A stretch of DNA of 63,755 nt from Candidatus Zambryskiibacteriota bacterium (GTDB lineage: Bacteria; Patescibacteriota; Minisyncoccia; Phycocordibacterales; DATDWN01). This document shows positions 28,133-36,983 of the stretch, in pieces (position 1 is the stretch's first letter; every line of letters starts with the position of its first letter). The notes beneath the pieces were generated by a model that searched no databases, was not told the DNA's origin, and saw only the letters and a list, made by a program, of their open reading frames with translations. The translations under genes and the position numbers were made by a program. The stretch spans positions 1 through 63,755 of the forward strand of contig SIBV01000001.1 in NCBI GenBank assembly GCA_009694965.1. Direction: 5' to 3'.

Positions 28133-28432
28133 ATGCAAATAATTCAATCAAAAGGGAATATTGTAGAAAAAGTCATCCGAGATAAGGACGGAAAGTTAAT
28201 CCGTGCTCGATTTTTTGTATTTGAAAACAACGGCAGAATCAAGGCTCGTCTGATGGATTTTGTATATCTGACCGAACAAGCAGTTATTGGTTGTGTAAAC
28301 TTTCTTTTGTCAGGAATTGCTAAGGCAAAGCAAGTTTTCCAAAAAGTAATTTTCTCTGTTTCTTATACTTCTCCATTTACTAAAACCAATCTTTACTTTT
28401 CCGGTTCTAAGCCTAGAGCACCAACTTTGTAA
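28133..28432 (+). CDS. 99-aa hypothetical protein ending PRAPTL (candidate arrest peptide)
   Basis: Co-directional between grpE and dnaK; C-terminal RAP motif. Confidence 0.75.
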   Translation: MQIIQSKGNIVEKVIRDKDGKLIRARFFVFENNGRIKARLMDFVYLTEQAVIGCVNFLLSGIAKAKQVFQKVIFSVSYTSPFTKTNLYFSGSKPRAPTL

Positions 28433-28694
28433 CGAAGTCCCGTAGTGAGCTTTGCTCTACTACTGGGATAAGAGAAACCGCCGAGTGCCTTGATTGGCGG
28501 TACTCGACGGTGTTACTTGCGTTTAGTCTTCTTTTTTGGACGGAGCTCGAGTGTCTCAGACGGATGTAGTTTGACCCATCATCCTCGACCTTCATCACCT
28601 TGATGTCGGCAGCTGCAACTTCCCGAAGAATGCCAGCGTCCCTCAGTTGAGTCGAGATGAGCGTGAGTTGATTCACGCCACGACGTACGATCAT
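28413..28694 (-). CDS. Hypothetical protein, GC-rich antisense insertion in the dnaK region
   Basis: GGAGG RBS and TTGACA..TGnTACGAT promoter; 3' end runs through a REP-like hairpin (28438-28468). Confidence 0.55.
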   Translation of the reverse strand: MIVRRGVNQLTLISTQLRDAGILREVAAADIKVMKVEDDGSNYIRLRHSSSVQKRRLNASNTVEYRQSRHSAVSLIPVVEQSSLRDFVTKLVL

Positions 28695-28764
28695 AGGATC
28701 CCTCCAAAGAACATCGTATCATAAATTATTAGATTGTCAATTATTAACTTTAATATAACCACAC

Positions 28765-28881
28765 GCTTGCAGTTTTGAGTAAAGTTCGAGGCGAAAGTAT
28801 TGAGAGAATCCGAGGTGTATCGAGTATACAGTGAGGATTGTCGAGATGCTTTCAACAAAGAAATTTGCCAAAAATGAAAGC
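28765..28881 (+). repeat. ERIC-like long hairpin in the dnaK leader
   Basis: GAGGCG..GAG-stem-GTGAG..CAACAAAG core within flanking stems. Confidence 0.65.
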
Positions 28882-28902
28882 TCTGTAAAATAACAAACTA
28901 CC

Positions 28903-30789
28903 ATGAGTAAAACAATTGGAATCGACTTGGGAACAACAAACTCCGCAGTCGCTATTATGGAAGCGGGTAAACCGAAAATATTGGAAAATGCAGAAGGTGC
29001 GAGAACTACACCTTCTATTGTTGCAGTGTCTAAAACTGGTGAAAGACTTGTGGGGCTCCTTGCAAAACGACAAGCAGTTACCAATCCAAAGAATACAGTC
29101 TTTGGAATCAAGAGATTCATTGGTCACACCATGGACGATGAGGCCGTTCAGAAAGACAAAGCGATTGTGCCTTTTGAGATGTCGAAATCTCCGACTGGTG
29201 GAGTCCGAGTAAAAATGGGTGATAAGGATTATTCTCCAGAGGAATTGTCTGCGATGATTCTTTCAAAAATGAAAGCAGATGCAGAGGCGAAAATTGGGGA
29301 GAAAGTAACGGACGCTATCATCACTGTGCCCGCATACTTTAACGATGCACAGAGACAAGCCACAAAAGATGCTGGAGCAATCGCGGGATTGAATGTCTTG
29401 AGAATCATAAACGAGCCGACAGCAGCGGCTCTAGCATACGGATTCGATAAAGGTAAGAAAGAAGAAAAAATTGTTGTCTTCGACTTTGGAGGAGGAACAT
29501 TCGACGTTTCTGTATTGGAGGTAGGGGATTCTGTGATTGAAGTTAAATCTACAGATGGAGACTCACACCTTGGTGGAAAAGATATTGATCAGAAAATTAT
29601 AAACTTTCTTGCTGATGAATTTAAAAAGGAATCAGGTATTGATTTACGAAAAGATACTCTAGCGCTACAAAGACTAGATGAAGCGGCAGAAAAAGCAAAA
29701 ATTGAACTTTCAACAGCGATGGAATCAGAAGTAAATATTCCATTTATTACATCCGACTCATCTGGTCCAAGACACTTACTAATCAAAATCACTCGAGCAA
29801 AATTAGAAGAACTAACTTCAGAGTTTATTGACCGTGCGATGGCTATTACCAAGAGAGCGATGGAAGCATCAGGTTTCTCAACCTCACAGATAAATGAAGT
29901 TATCCTAGTTGGAGGTCAGACTCGTATGCCAAAGATGGCTGAAAAAGTGAAGGAATACTTTGGAAAGGAGCCAAACAAATCTATAAATCCGGACGAAGTG
30001 GTGGCTCTCGGAGCGGCTATCCAGGGCGGTATTCTCTCAGGGGACGTAAAGGATGTCCTTTTACTCGACGTAATACCATTGTCGCTCGGTATAGAGACAA
30101 TGGGAGGGGTTGCTACAAAGCTTGTAGAAAGAAATACTACGATTCCTGCCTCTAGATCACAAACTTTCTCAACAGCAGCCGATAATCAGACGTCCGTTGA
30201 GATTCATATTGTTCAGGGTGAAAGAGCAATGGCGAGCGACAACAAGTCATTGGGACGGTTTATTCTCGATGGTATTCCGCCTTCGCCTCGGGGTATGCCA
30301 CAAATCGAAGTGATGTTTGATGTGGATGCAAACGGAATTCTCTCTGTAAAGGCGAAGGACAAGGCTACTAGCAAAGAACAGTCTATCCGAATCGAGGCTC
30401 GCTCTAGTCTTTCAAAAGAAGAGATTGAAAAAATGCAAAAAGACGCAGAAGTTCACGCTGTGGATGACGCAAAAAAGAAAGATGTGATTGAGGCAAAAAA
30501 TATCGCTGAGCAACTGATCTACACTGCAGAAAAGTCTCTTCGAGATGCCGGTGAAAAAGTGCCAGCAGAACTGCGAACTGTAATTGAAAACAAAATCACA
30601 GACGCCAAGAAAGCAAAGGATGGAGACGACATGGAACAAATAAAAAAGACAACGACTGAGCTTTCAACTGAACTGCAAAAAATTGGGGAGATAATGAATA
30701 AAGCCTCGCAAGAAGCACCAAAAACGGCTGAGGCGGAAGCTACAACTGAAGAAAAAGTTCACGAGGCAGATTTTGAGGAAAAGAAGTAG
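28903..30789 (+). CDS. dnaK: Chaperone DnaK
   Basis: [32 protein letters not shown]. Confidence 0.99.
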   Translation: MSKTIGIDLGTTNSAVAIMEAGKPKILENAEGARTTPSIVAVSKTGERLVGLLAKRQAVTNPKNTVFGIKRFIGHTMDDEAVQKDKAIVPFEMSKSPTGGVRVKMGDKDYSPEELSAMILSKMKADAEAKIGEKVTDAIITVPAYFNDAQRQATKDAGAIAGLNVLRIINEPTAAALAYGFDKGKKEEKIVVFDFGGGTFDVSVLEVGDSVIEVKSTDGDSHLGGKDIDQKIINFLADEFKKESGIDLRKDTLALQRLDEAAEKAKIELSTAMESEVNIPFITSDSSGPRHLLIKITRAKLEELTSEFIDRAMAITKRAMEASGFSTSQINEVILVGGQTRMPKMAEKVKEYFGKEPNKSINPDEVVALGAAIQGGILSGDVKDVLLLDVIPLSLGIETMGGVATKLVERNTTIPASRSQTFSTAADNQTSVEIHIVQGERAMASDNKSLGRFILDGIPPSPRGMPQIEVMFDVDANGILSVKAKDKATSKEQSIRIEARSSLSKEEIEKMQKDAEVHAVDDAKKKDVIEAKNIAEQLIYTAEKSLRDAGEKVPAELRTVIENKITDAKKAKDGDDMEQIKKTTTELSTELQKIGEIMNKASQEAPKTAEAEATTEEKVHEADFEEKK

Positions 30790-30844
30790 AAGTTTATATA
30801 ATTTACCAGGACGCGTATAAATCACAGGTGTGATTTTACTATCT

Positions 30845-30923
30845 CTTACAGAGACTGTACACTTTTCACATTTTGATTACAAAACGCCCAAAGTCTTACG
30901 AAGTGATAAAATCACTTCTCACT
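30845..30923 (-). repeat. Structured three-hairpin motif, copy C (dnaK-dnaJ)
   Basis: Plus strand CTTACAGAGACTGTAC..AAGTCTTACGAAGTGAT-aaa-ATCACTTCTCAC. Confidence 0.85.
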
Positions 30924-31100
30924 CGGAAATCAAGAAGACAATCTCATAGACACATAGCCTTCTCGCAAACTCGTTTCGCTCAAACAAATTAACACATATA
31001 GCACCTCTCGTCAAGTGTTATAAAATTGAAAAATCCTTATAATGAGGTTAATTATTCGTAGCCATTCGTAGATTCGCATCATTTGCATATTCGTATATTT

Positions 31101-32177
31101 ATGTCTAAAGACTATTACAACTTGCTCGGGGTGGACAAAAAAGCCTCAAAAGACGACATCAAGAAGGCTTTTAGAACACTTGCTCATAAATACCATCCAG
31201 ACAAAAAAACTGGCGATGATGCTAGGTTCAAAGAGATTAACGAGGCTTATTCAATCCTTTCTGATGATCAGAAGCGCGCTCAATACGATCAGTTCGGACA
31301 AGGGGGTCAACAAGGCTTCGGAGGTCAACAAAGTGGAGGCTTTGGCGATTTTGATTTTTCACAATTCACTCAAGGTGGAACTGGAAACGGTTTTGAGTTT
31401 GATTTCGGAGACATCTTCGGTGATGTGTTTGGTGGAGGTAGACGATCACAAGCAAAAAGAGGTAGGGATATCTCTATTGACCAAGAGCTTTCGTTTGAAG
31501 AATCTATTTTTGGAATCGAACGAACTGTTCTTCTAAACAAAGTTTCTAAATGTGATGTATGTTCTGGAAGTGGAACGGAAAAAGGTAGCGAACTCATAAC
31601 ATGTTCAATATGTAACGGAAAGGGAAATCTTCGCGAAGTAAAGCGAACTTTCTTCGGCCAATTTGAAACAAACACCACTTGCGAAACTTGTCAGGGTGCT
31701 GGAAAAGTTCCAAAGATAAAATGTTCTGCGTGCTATGGAAAAGGTATTCTAAAAAAGGAATCGGAAATAAAAGTGAAGATTCCTGCTGGTATTGAAAACG
31801 GGGAGATGATTCGGCTCAGTGGAGGAGGGGAGGCGATTGTCGGTGGAACAACAGGGGATTTGTATATAAAAATATATGTGAAAAAGCACTCTATCTTCAG
31901 AAAGGATGGAAACAATCTAATAATGGACTTGGGAGTCAAATTGTCCGACGCAATTTTGGGCGGAGAAGTTAATCTCAAAACCCTGGACGGTGATATCAAA
32001 GTCAGAGTTCCAGAAGGAGTAAACCATGGCGAAATTCTAAGAATAAAAGGCAAAGGAGTACCGGTTGATAAAAATCATAGAGGAGATATTCTGATAAAAA
32101 TAAATCTTGCAGTTCCAAAAAAACTTTCCAAAGAAGCGAGAAAGGCAATTGAAATTCTAAAACAAGAAGGATTCTAA
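31101..32177 (+). CDS. dnaJ: Chaperone DnaJ
   Basis: HPD J-domain, G/F region, four CxxCxGxG motifs; start at MSKDYY. Confidence 0.98.
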   Translation: MSKDYYNLLGVDKKASKDDIKKAFRTLAHKYHPDKKTGDDARFKEINEAYSILSDDQKRAQYDQFGQGGQQGFGGQQSGGFGDFDFSQFTQGGTGNGFEFDFGDIFGDVFGGGRRSQAKRGRDISIDQELSFEESIFGIERTVLLNKVSKCDVCSGSGTEKGSELITCSICNGKGNLREVKRTFFGQFETNTTCETCQGAGKVPKIKCSACYGKGILKKESEIKVKIPAGIENGEMIRLSGGGEAIVGGTTGDLYIKIYVKKHSIFRKDGNNLIMDLGVKLSDAILGGEVNLKTLDGDIKVRVPEGVNHGEILRIKGKGVPVDKNHRGDILIKINLAVPKKLSKEARKAIEILKQEGF

Positions 32178-32271
32178 TCGTTACTGAAAATTATCCTTCG
32201 ACGAACTCAGGATGGTGAGCGAAGTCGAACCAGAAATTGAAAATTGAAAATTGTTCTGTTACAATTATCCT

Positions 32272-32772
32272 ATGTCCTCTACAACTTCTATTGTTTCCAA
32301 AATTTCCCAGTTTTTAACTGGAGATATTATTTTTCTTCTGGCTCTGTTTGCGGTTTTGTTTGTTCTGACTATGTATCTAGGGAAGGGAAGACTGGTTTCG
32401 GTAATTCTCGCTTTTTATGCTGCAACCATCCTATACAAATCTTTTCCATACATGGAAAAACTTCTTGTGGCAACAGGGGAGAAACCTCTCTTGTTTAACA
32501 AACTTGGAGTATTCTTAGTTTTTCTTGTGCTGATTTATCTTGCCATTAACAAATTTATTTCTCATTATGCCGAATATGGTCCTGGCGAAGGCGCGCTCAG
32601 AACAGGGGGATTTGTCCTAGCAATGCTTATTGTTTTAATTGTCTTTTCATACACAACCATTAGTTTAGACCCGCTTCACAACTTCGGAAGCCAAATAGAT
32701 GCTATTTTCGGCACTGAAGCCAGACTTTTCTGGTGGAGTTTGGCTCCTCTAGTACTTTTAGGGTTTTTGTAA
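32272..32772 (+). CDS. Hypothetical multi-TM membrane protein
   Basis: About five hydrophobic segments; leaderless promoter supports ATG 32272. Confidence 0.75.
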   Translation: MSSTTSIVSKISQFLTGDIIFLLALFAVLFVLTMYLGKGRLVSVILAFYAATILYKSFPYMEKLLVATGEKPLLFNKLGVFLVFLVLIYLAINKFISHYAEYGPGEGALRTGGFVLAMLIVLIVFSYTTISLDPLHNFGSQIDAIFGTEARLFWWSLAPLVLLGFL

Positions 32773-32914
32773 GGAAAACCTTGCCCATGTAGTAGAGCAA
32801 AGCTCACTACAGGGTTGATTTTTCCTATTTTTAGGGTTTGATATTTTTTGGTATAATACGGCTAATATAATAGCTTTTTTTCTATTTACACAGGCACTAT
32901 TTCGTTGTATTTGA

Positions 32915-32943
32915 TTGACAAGAAGGTCTAAATATGATAGTAT
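32915..32943 (+). promoter_or_regulatory. Sigma-70 promoter
   Basis: TTGACA-17 nt-TAGTAT with extended TG. Confidence 0.7.
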
Positions 32944-32983
32944 ATTAGCAACTCAGATTTCCTGAGTTTTTCTGTTCCACCCA

Positions 32984-33107
32984 AGAAACTAATCAAATTG
33001 ACTTAGATACTAGGCGCAGAAGATTTTGTGATGAGCCTTATTCGATATAAGGTGAGCGAACAAAATTGAACTGCAACAACGTAGATGAGTTAATTTGGTT
33101 AGTTTCT
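32984..33107 (+). repeat. ERIC-like long hairpin in a 5' UTR
   Basis: AGAAACTAATCAAATTGACT / AGTTAATTTGGTTAGTTTCT outer stem; AGGCG..GAGCCTTAT-ATAAGGTGAG..CAACAACG core. Confidence 0.75.
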
Positions 33108-33159
33108 CCCAGAATTACAATATAACAATAAAAATATTTTAAACTTTACTACTATTAGT

Positions 33160-33609
33160 TTGTTTATGGCACTTTCGTCTTTTACAGGAGTTCCGACTCC
33201 AGCAACTGTCACAGAAGTGCCAAAGGTTCCAACTCAACTGATTGAAACAAAGAAGACTCAACAAGAAATAGGAATCATAATGAGTACTGAGGAGTATGTG
33301 CGTGAATACTTCAAAGATATTCCAATTATGATCCAGGTTGCTCGTTGTGAATCTACCTTCAGACAATTGAGACAAAATGGAGAAGTTAATCGTGGACGAG
33401 TTAACAAAGCAGATGTTGGAGTGATGCAAATCAATGAATTTTATCACTTGGACACTGCTGAGAAAAACGACTTCGACATCTACACTATTAAAGGAAATAC
33501 TGCTTATGCTCGAGACTTATATATGAGACAGGGTACACAACCATGGTCCTCATCCAAGCCTTGTTGGGGTAAGTATGAAAACAAGGAACTAGCTCTTAAC
33601 TCAAAATAA
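33160..33609 (+). CDS. Lysozyme-like / lytic transglycosylase (SLT/Rpf-like) protein
   Basis: ARCES (putative catalytic Glu), GVMQIN, GTQPW..S..CW; start codon uncertain. Confidence 0.75.
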   Translation: MFMALSSFTGVPTPATVTEVPKVPTQLIETKKTQQEIGIIMSTEEYVREYFKDIPIMIQVARCESTFRQLRQNGEVNRGRVNKADVGVMQINEFYHLDTAEKNDFDIYTIKGNTAYARDLYMRQGTQPWSSSKPCWGKYENKELALNSK

Positions 33610-33627
33610 TCACAAATTGATTACTAA

Positions 33628-33652
33628 CAAAAGCTCCCATTCGGGAGCTTTT
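33628..33652 (+). terminator. Intrinsic terminator
   Basis: AAAAGCTCCC-attc-GGGAGCTTTT. Confidence 0.85.
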
Positions 33653-33737
33653 GTTTTGTCTTAATGGCAGTTATCTCTATTTAAATTTATATAAACAGAC
33701 TTGCACGGTGAACCTTGGTTTACTGTATAATTATGGG

Positions 33738-34988
33738 ATGCCGAAAGTTACCAAAAAAAGAAGAGAAAAAGTAATTCTACATATGGACGGGGATGCTTTC
33801 TTTGTGGCGTGTGAAGTTGCAAAAAATCCAAAGCTTCGCGGTTTTCCGGTTGTGACAGGCCAAGAGCGGGGAATTGTTTCTGCTCTTTCTTATGAAGCCA
33901 AAGCGTTAGGAGTCACTCGTGGATATCCTATTTTCAAACTAAAAAAACATTTTCCACAAGTAATTATTCTTCCAGGTGATTATGAATGTTACGCCAAACT
34001 TTCATCTCAGATGTTTGATATTGTGAGACGCTATGCCGACGATGTAGAGGAATACAGCATCGATGAATGCTTTGCAAATCTCACGGGGCTCGATAAGCCT
34101 CTATATATGTCCTACAAAGAGATAGGTGAGAGGATTAAACGTGAGATAACAGGCGAACTTCAGCTTTCCGTGACTGTTGGACTCGCTCCCACCAAAGTCT
34201 TGGCCAAAGTAGCCTCTAAATGGCAGAAACCAAACGGTTTTACGATTATTACGAGAGAAACTGCTCCAGAGTTTTTGAAAGAAACTTCAATTTCGAAAAT
34301 TTGGGGCATAGGAGTTCAAACTACAAATTTTCTACACGGAAAGGGAATCGATACTGCCCTGCAGTTCGCAGAAAAAAATGTGGAGTGGGTGAGAGAAAAT
34401 CTTTCGAGCCCTTATGAAGCTTTGTGGCTCGAACTCAATAGTGTTAGCGTTATGAAAGTTAATCCAGAAACCAAGTCCGATTATTCTTCGGTTCAGAAAA
34501 CTAGAACTTTTTATCCAACTACAAATGATAAAATTTTTTTACTCTCACAGTTATCAAAACATATTGAAGACGCATGTAAGAAAGCCAGACATTATAGTCT
34601 AGTTGCAAAGAAGTTTTCTTTTTTTCTGAAAAGTCAGGACTTCAAATACTTTTCCTATTCGGTTGACCTGCCGATTCCAACAGCTTCACCAGAACCTATA
34701 GTTGAACTAATGCGACTCAACTTTCACAAAATCTGGTCAAAAGGAGTCATTTATAGGACTACTGGTGCCACTTTATTTGAACTCGTGTCTTGTCGGGTCA
34801 CACAGAAAGATCTTTTTGGCGGCATAGACAAGGAAAACAAACTTGAAGCCGTTCACAAAACAATCGATGATTTAGAAAACAAATTTGGAAAAAGAATAGT
34901 TTATCTCGGCTCAACTCACGACGCACTGAAATCTAAACGCGAGGGAACAGACGTAAATGATTTAAATCGCAATTTATTATTTCTCTAA
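33738..34988 (+). CDS. dinB: Y-family DNA polymerase (Pol IV-like)
   Basis: HMDGDAFF, SYEAK, YSIDEC, LAKVAS..KPNG, IWGIG. Confidence 0.92.
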   Translation: MPKVTKKRREKVILHMDGDAFFVACEVAKNPKLRGFPVVTGQERGIVSALSYEAKALGVTRGYPIFKLKKHFPQVIILPGDYECYAKLSSQMFDIVRRYADDVEEYSIDECFANLTGLDKPLYMSYKEIGERIKREITGELQLSVTVGLAPTKVLAKVASKWQKPNGFTIITRETAPEFLKETSISKIWGIGVQTTNFLHGKGIDTALQFAEKNVEWVRENLSSPYEALWLELNSVSVMKVNPETKSDYSSVQKTRTFYPTTNDKIFLLSQLSKHIEDACKKARHYSLVAKKFSFFLKSQDFKYFSYSVDLPIPTASPEPIVELMRLNFHKIWSKGVIYRTTGATLFELVSCRVTQKDLFGGIDKENKLEAVHKTIDDLENKFGKRIVYLGSTHDALKSKREGTDVNDLNRNLLFL

Positions 34989-35165
34989 TTCTTATAGTGA
35001 TTCTCCCCCAGGGGAGTGGTTATATACGTGTCGCACAATATATCTTTCCGGTAGGCTCAGCATAGCTGAGTCCTAGCCAAAAGATAAATACAAAAGCTCG
35101 GTAACCCTGAATTTGTATATTTTGCATTCCTCTTCCTAATCCCTTAAAATCGGCTGTTTTAATAG

Positions 35166-35244
35166 GGTGAGGGATTATGGGATAATCCCGCAAGACCTTG
35201 AATGTTTTGTAGCCAAAATGTGAAAGGTGTACAGTTTCTGTAAG
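35166..35244 (+). repeat. Structured three-hairpin motif, copy F
   Basis: GGTGAGGGATTAT-ggg-ATAATCCCGCAAGACCTTGA..GAAAGGTGTACAGTTTCTGTAAG. Confidence 0.85.
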
Positions 35245-35402
35245 AAAGTCCCCTACCCTAGCTTTACCATTATCATTGATTTTTATAGGTGTATATGTAT
35301 AATACTTACAAATGATTTCTAACGGATTAATCACTACCTGGTCAAGTTTCGTCTAGACTCAATGAGTGTTGAGTTATTCTGTGTGAAGTAAGGGAGTAAA
35401 TA

Positions 35403-35660
35403 ATGAAAAGAAGATTGTGGTCGCTTTGTTTGTCTAAAATAGCTAAACAACAAAAGGCACGAGTTCGCATCTTGTCCGAGAATCACAGAAGTAAAAAGGG
35501 AGAACAGATTCAAGTTCTAGGAACCTTTAACAGCTACTTAAGGGCCCAGAACACTCGTTTGAATTTCGGTGACAAACTTCTCGCTAATCAATGGTGTACA
35601 TACTTCTATGTGGACGAAAAAAACGCCGAACTAGACCCCCACGGATACGGAAGATACTAA
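35403..35660 (+). CDS. Hypothetical 85-aa protein
   Basis: AGGGAG RBS; followed by hairpin AGAAAGCACTAC/GTAGTGCTTTCT. Confidence 0.6.
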   Translation: MKRRLWSLCLSKIAKQQKARVRILSENHRSKKGEQIQVLGTFNSYLRAQNTRLNFGDKLLANQWCTYFYVDEKNAELDPHGYGRY

Positions 35661-35697
35661 ACTGATCAGAAAGCACTACATTTGTAGTGCTTTCTTT

Positions 35698-35820
35698 TTA
35701 ATCAATTCGACTTGGACGAGGTGATTTCCCTTTTATTTTTTGCGGAAGACTTTGACTTAATCCTTTCTTTTTTACTTCCTTCCTCTTACTTTCTGTATCT
35801 AAAAAGTTTTGTTTTTTCAT
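35698..35820 (-). CDS. 40-aa lysine-rich small protein (not in ORF track)
   Basis: MKKQNFLDTESKRKEVKKKGLSQSLPQKIKGKSPRPSRID*; TGaTAGAAT lies 6 nt before the ATG. Confidence 0.55.
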   Translation of the reverse strand: MKKQNFLDTESKRKEVKKKGLSQSLPQKIKGKSPRPSRID

Positions 35821-35921
35821 ATCATAATTCTATCACAAATAATTTTTTATATTGAAAACACCACGAACCTCTGAAAGCATTGGTGATGCTTTCAAAGACT
35901 TCACGGTGGTGGCTTTCTCGC

Positions 35922-36194
35922 CTAGAACTTTTCGAGAGAAAACTCTGTGGTCATGACGTTATGCACACAGAAGGGTTTCTTGTAGTAAACCCCGACGTTC
36001 AACTCATAGATGATCCCATACGACTCGTGTGGGTTCAGGTAGATGAAGTCTCCCTCCACAATAACGAGTGAGACAATGCCGGCCCTTCGCTCTGCCCCGA
36101 AAGTAGCCTCGTAGTGCATCTTCAGCAGGGTCTTCACTTCAGCCCTGCCTTTCAGGACTTCCTTGAAGAGATCTTTGGTTTGTGACTCGGTCAT
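35922..36194 (-). CDS. Hypothetical 90-aa protein
   Basis: GGAGG RBS, TTGACC..TATATT promoter. Confidence 0.65.
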   Translation of the reverse strand: MTESQTKDLFKEVLKGRAEVKTLLKMHYEATFGAERRAGIVSLVIVEGDFIYLNPHESYGIIYELNVGVYYKKPFCVHNVMTTEFSLEKF

Positions 36195-36284
36195 ACTATC
36201 TTTCCTCCATTCATAATATAAGCATGAAAACGACGACTGGTCAACGTTTCTTTTTAATGCTATATTTTATTCAGAAGGAGGCCT

Positions 36285-36683
36285 GTGACTGTGGGAAAAC
36301 TATACTACATGGACGACTACCGAAAACCGCAGGCTCCTAAATTAAGGCTTGTAGGTATTTGGAGACGAACTCCAGTCGTAAATCTAGCCTGGCTCACTCT
36401 CAAGGAATTTAAGGCATCGCCGAACCTGAAACTCACCGCGCATATGGAAAGGATATGCGAGTGCATTGATGCGGCTGAGAAACCTCGGTCCACACATCCT
36501 AGAGTTTCAGAACGCGGAATTGCACTTTACCAGGACATTTTTATTGCTCGAGGAAAGGACTGGGAGAACCTTACAGACGACCTCATGCATAGCAAGGAAA
36601 AAAACTGGGTTGATCACCCAAATTATTACCTTGCCATGATGAACGTGATTGAGCAGCTGACACCGCCACCAACAGACCCGTAG
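36285..36683 (+). CDS. Hypothetical 132-aa protein
   Basis: AAGGAGG RBS before GTG; terminator-like hairpin at the end. Confidence 0.65.
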   Translation: MTVGKLYYMDDYRKPQAPKLRLVGIWRRTPVVNLAWLTLKEFKASPNLKLTAHMERICECIDAAEKPRSTHPRVSERGIALYQDIFIARGKDWENLTDDLMHSKEKNWVDHPNYYLAMMNVIEQLTPPPTDP

Positions 36684-36702
36684 GAGGCGGTTTTGTTGTT
36701 TA

Positions 36703-36772
36703 CTCCGTAGTAGATTTTGACATTGCTCGCTAATGCGAGCGAATAAAATCGATGTCAAAATTCACTACAGGG
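36703..36772. repeat. REP-like GTAGT hairpin
   Basis: CGTAGTAGATTTTGACAT..ATGTCAAAATTCACTAC. Confidence 0.8.
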
Positions 36773-36773
36773 T

Positions 36774-36971
36774 TTACGTTACAATACTTCGTACAACTCC
36801 ATCAGCCCAAACATAAAACTGTTTAATTATAGAGATGAGTGGCGCAATAAAACTCTGCTCTTCTGGAGACTTTGCCCAAACCAAGACGTCAAAATCAAAA
36901 TAATATTTAGCAAACAGTATCGCAACTATTATAAGTAAAACTTTTCCAATAAAACCTTCGCTAGTTTTCAT
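36774..36971 (-). CDS. Small membrane protein
   Basis: GFI..LLIIVAIL..Y.FD N-terminal TM. Confidence 0.7.
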   Translation of the reverse strand: MKTSEGFIGKVLLIIVAILFAKYYFDFDVLVWAKSPEEQSFIAPLISIIKQFYVWADGVVRSIVT

Positions 36972-36983
36972 AAATTAATTATC

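Noticed and set aside
30988..31022. Possible CIRCE (TAGCAC..GTGTTA) before dnaJ
   Set aside because: Half-sites and spacing (10 versus 13 nt) do not fit TTAGCACTC-N9-GAGTGCTAA
35020..35334. 104-aa minus-strand ORF
   Set aside because: It crosses motif copy F and adjacent hairpins and has no protein-like features
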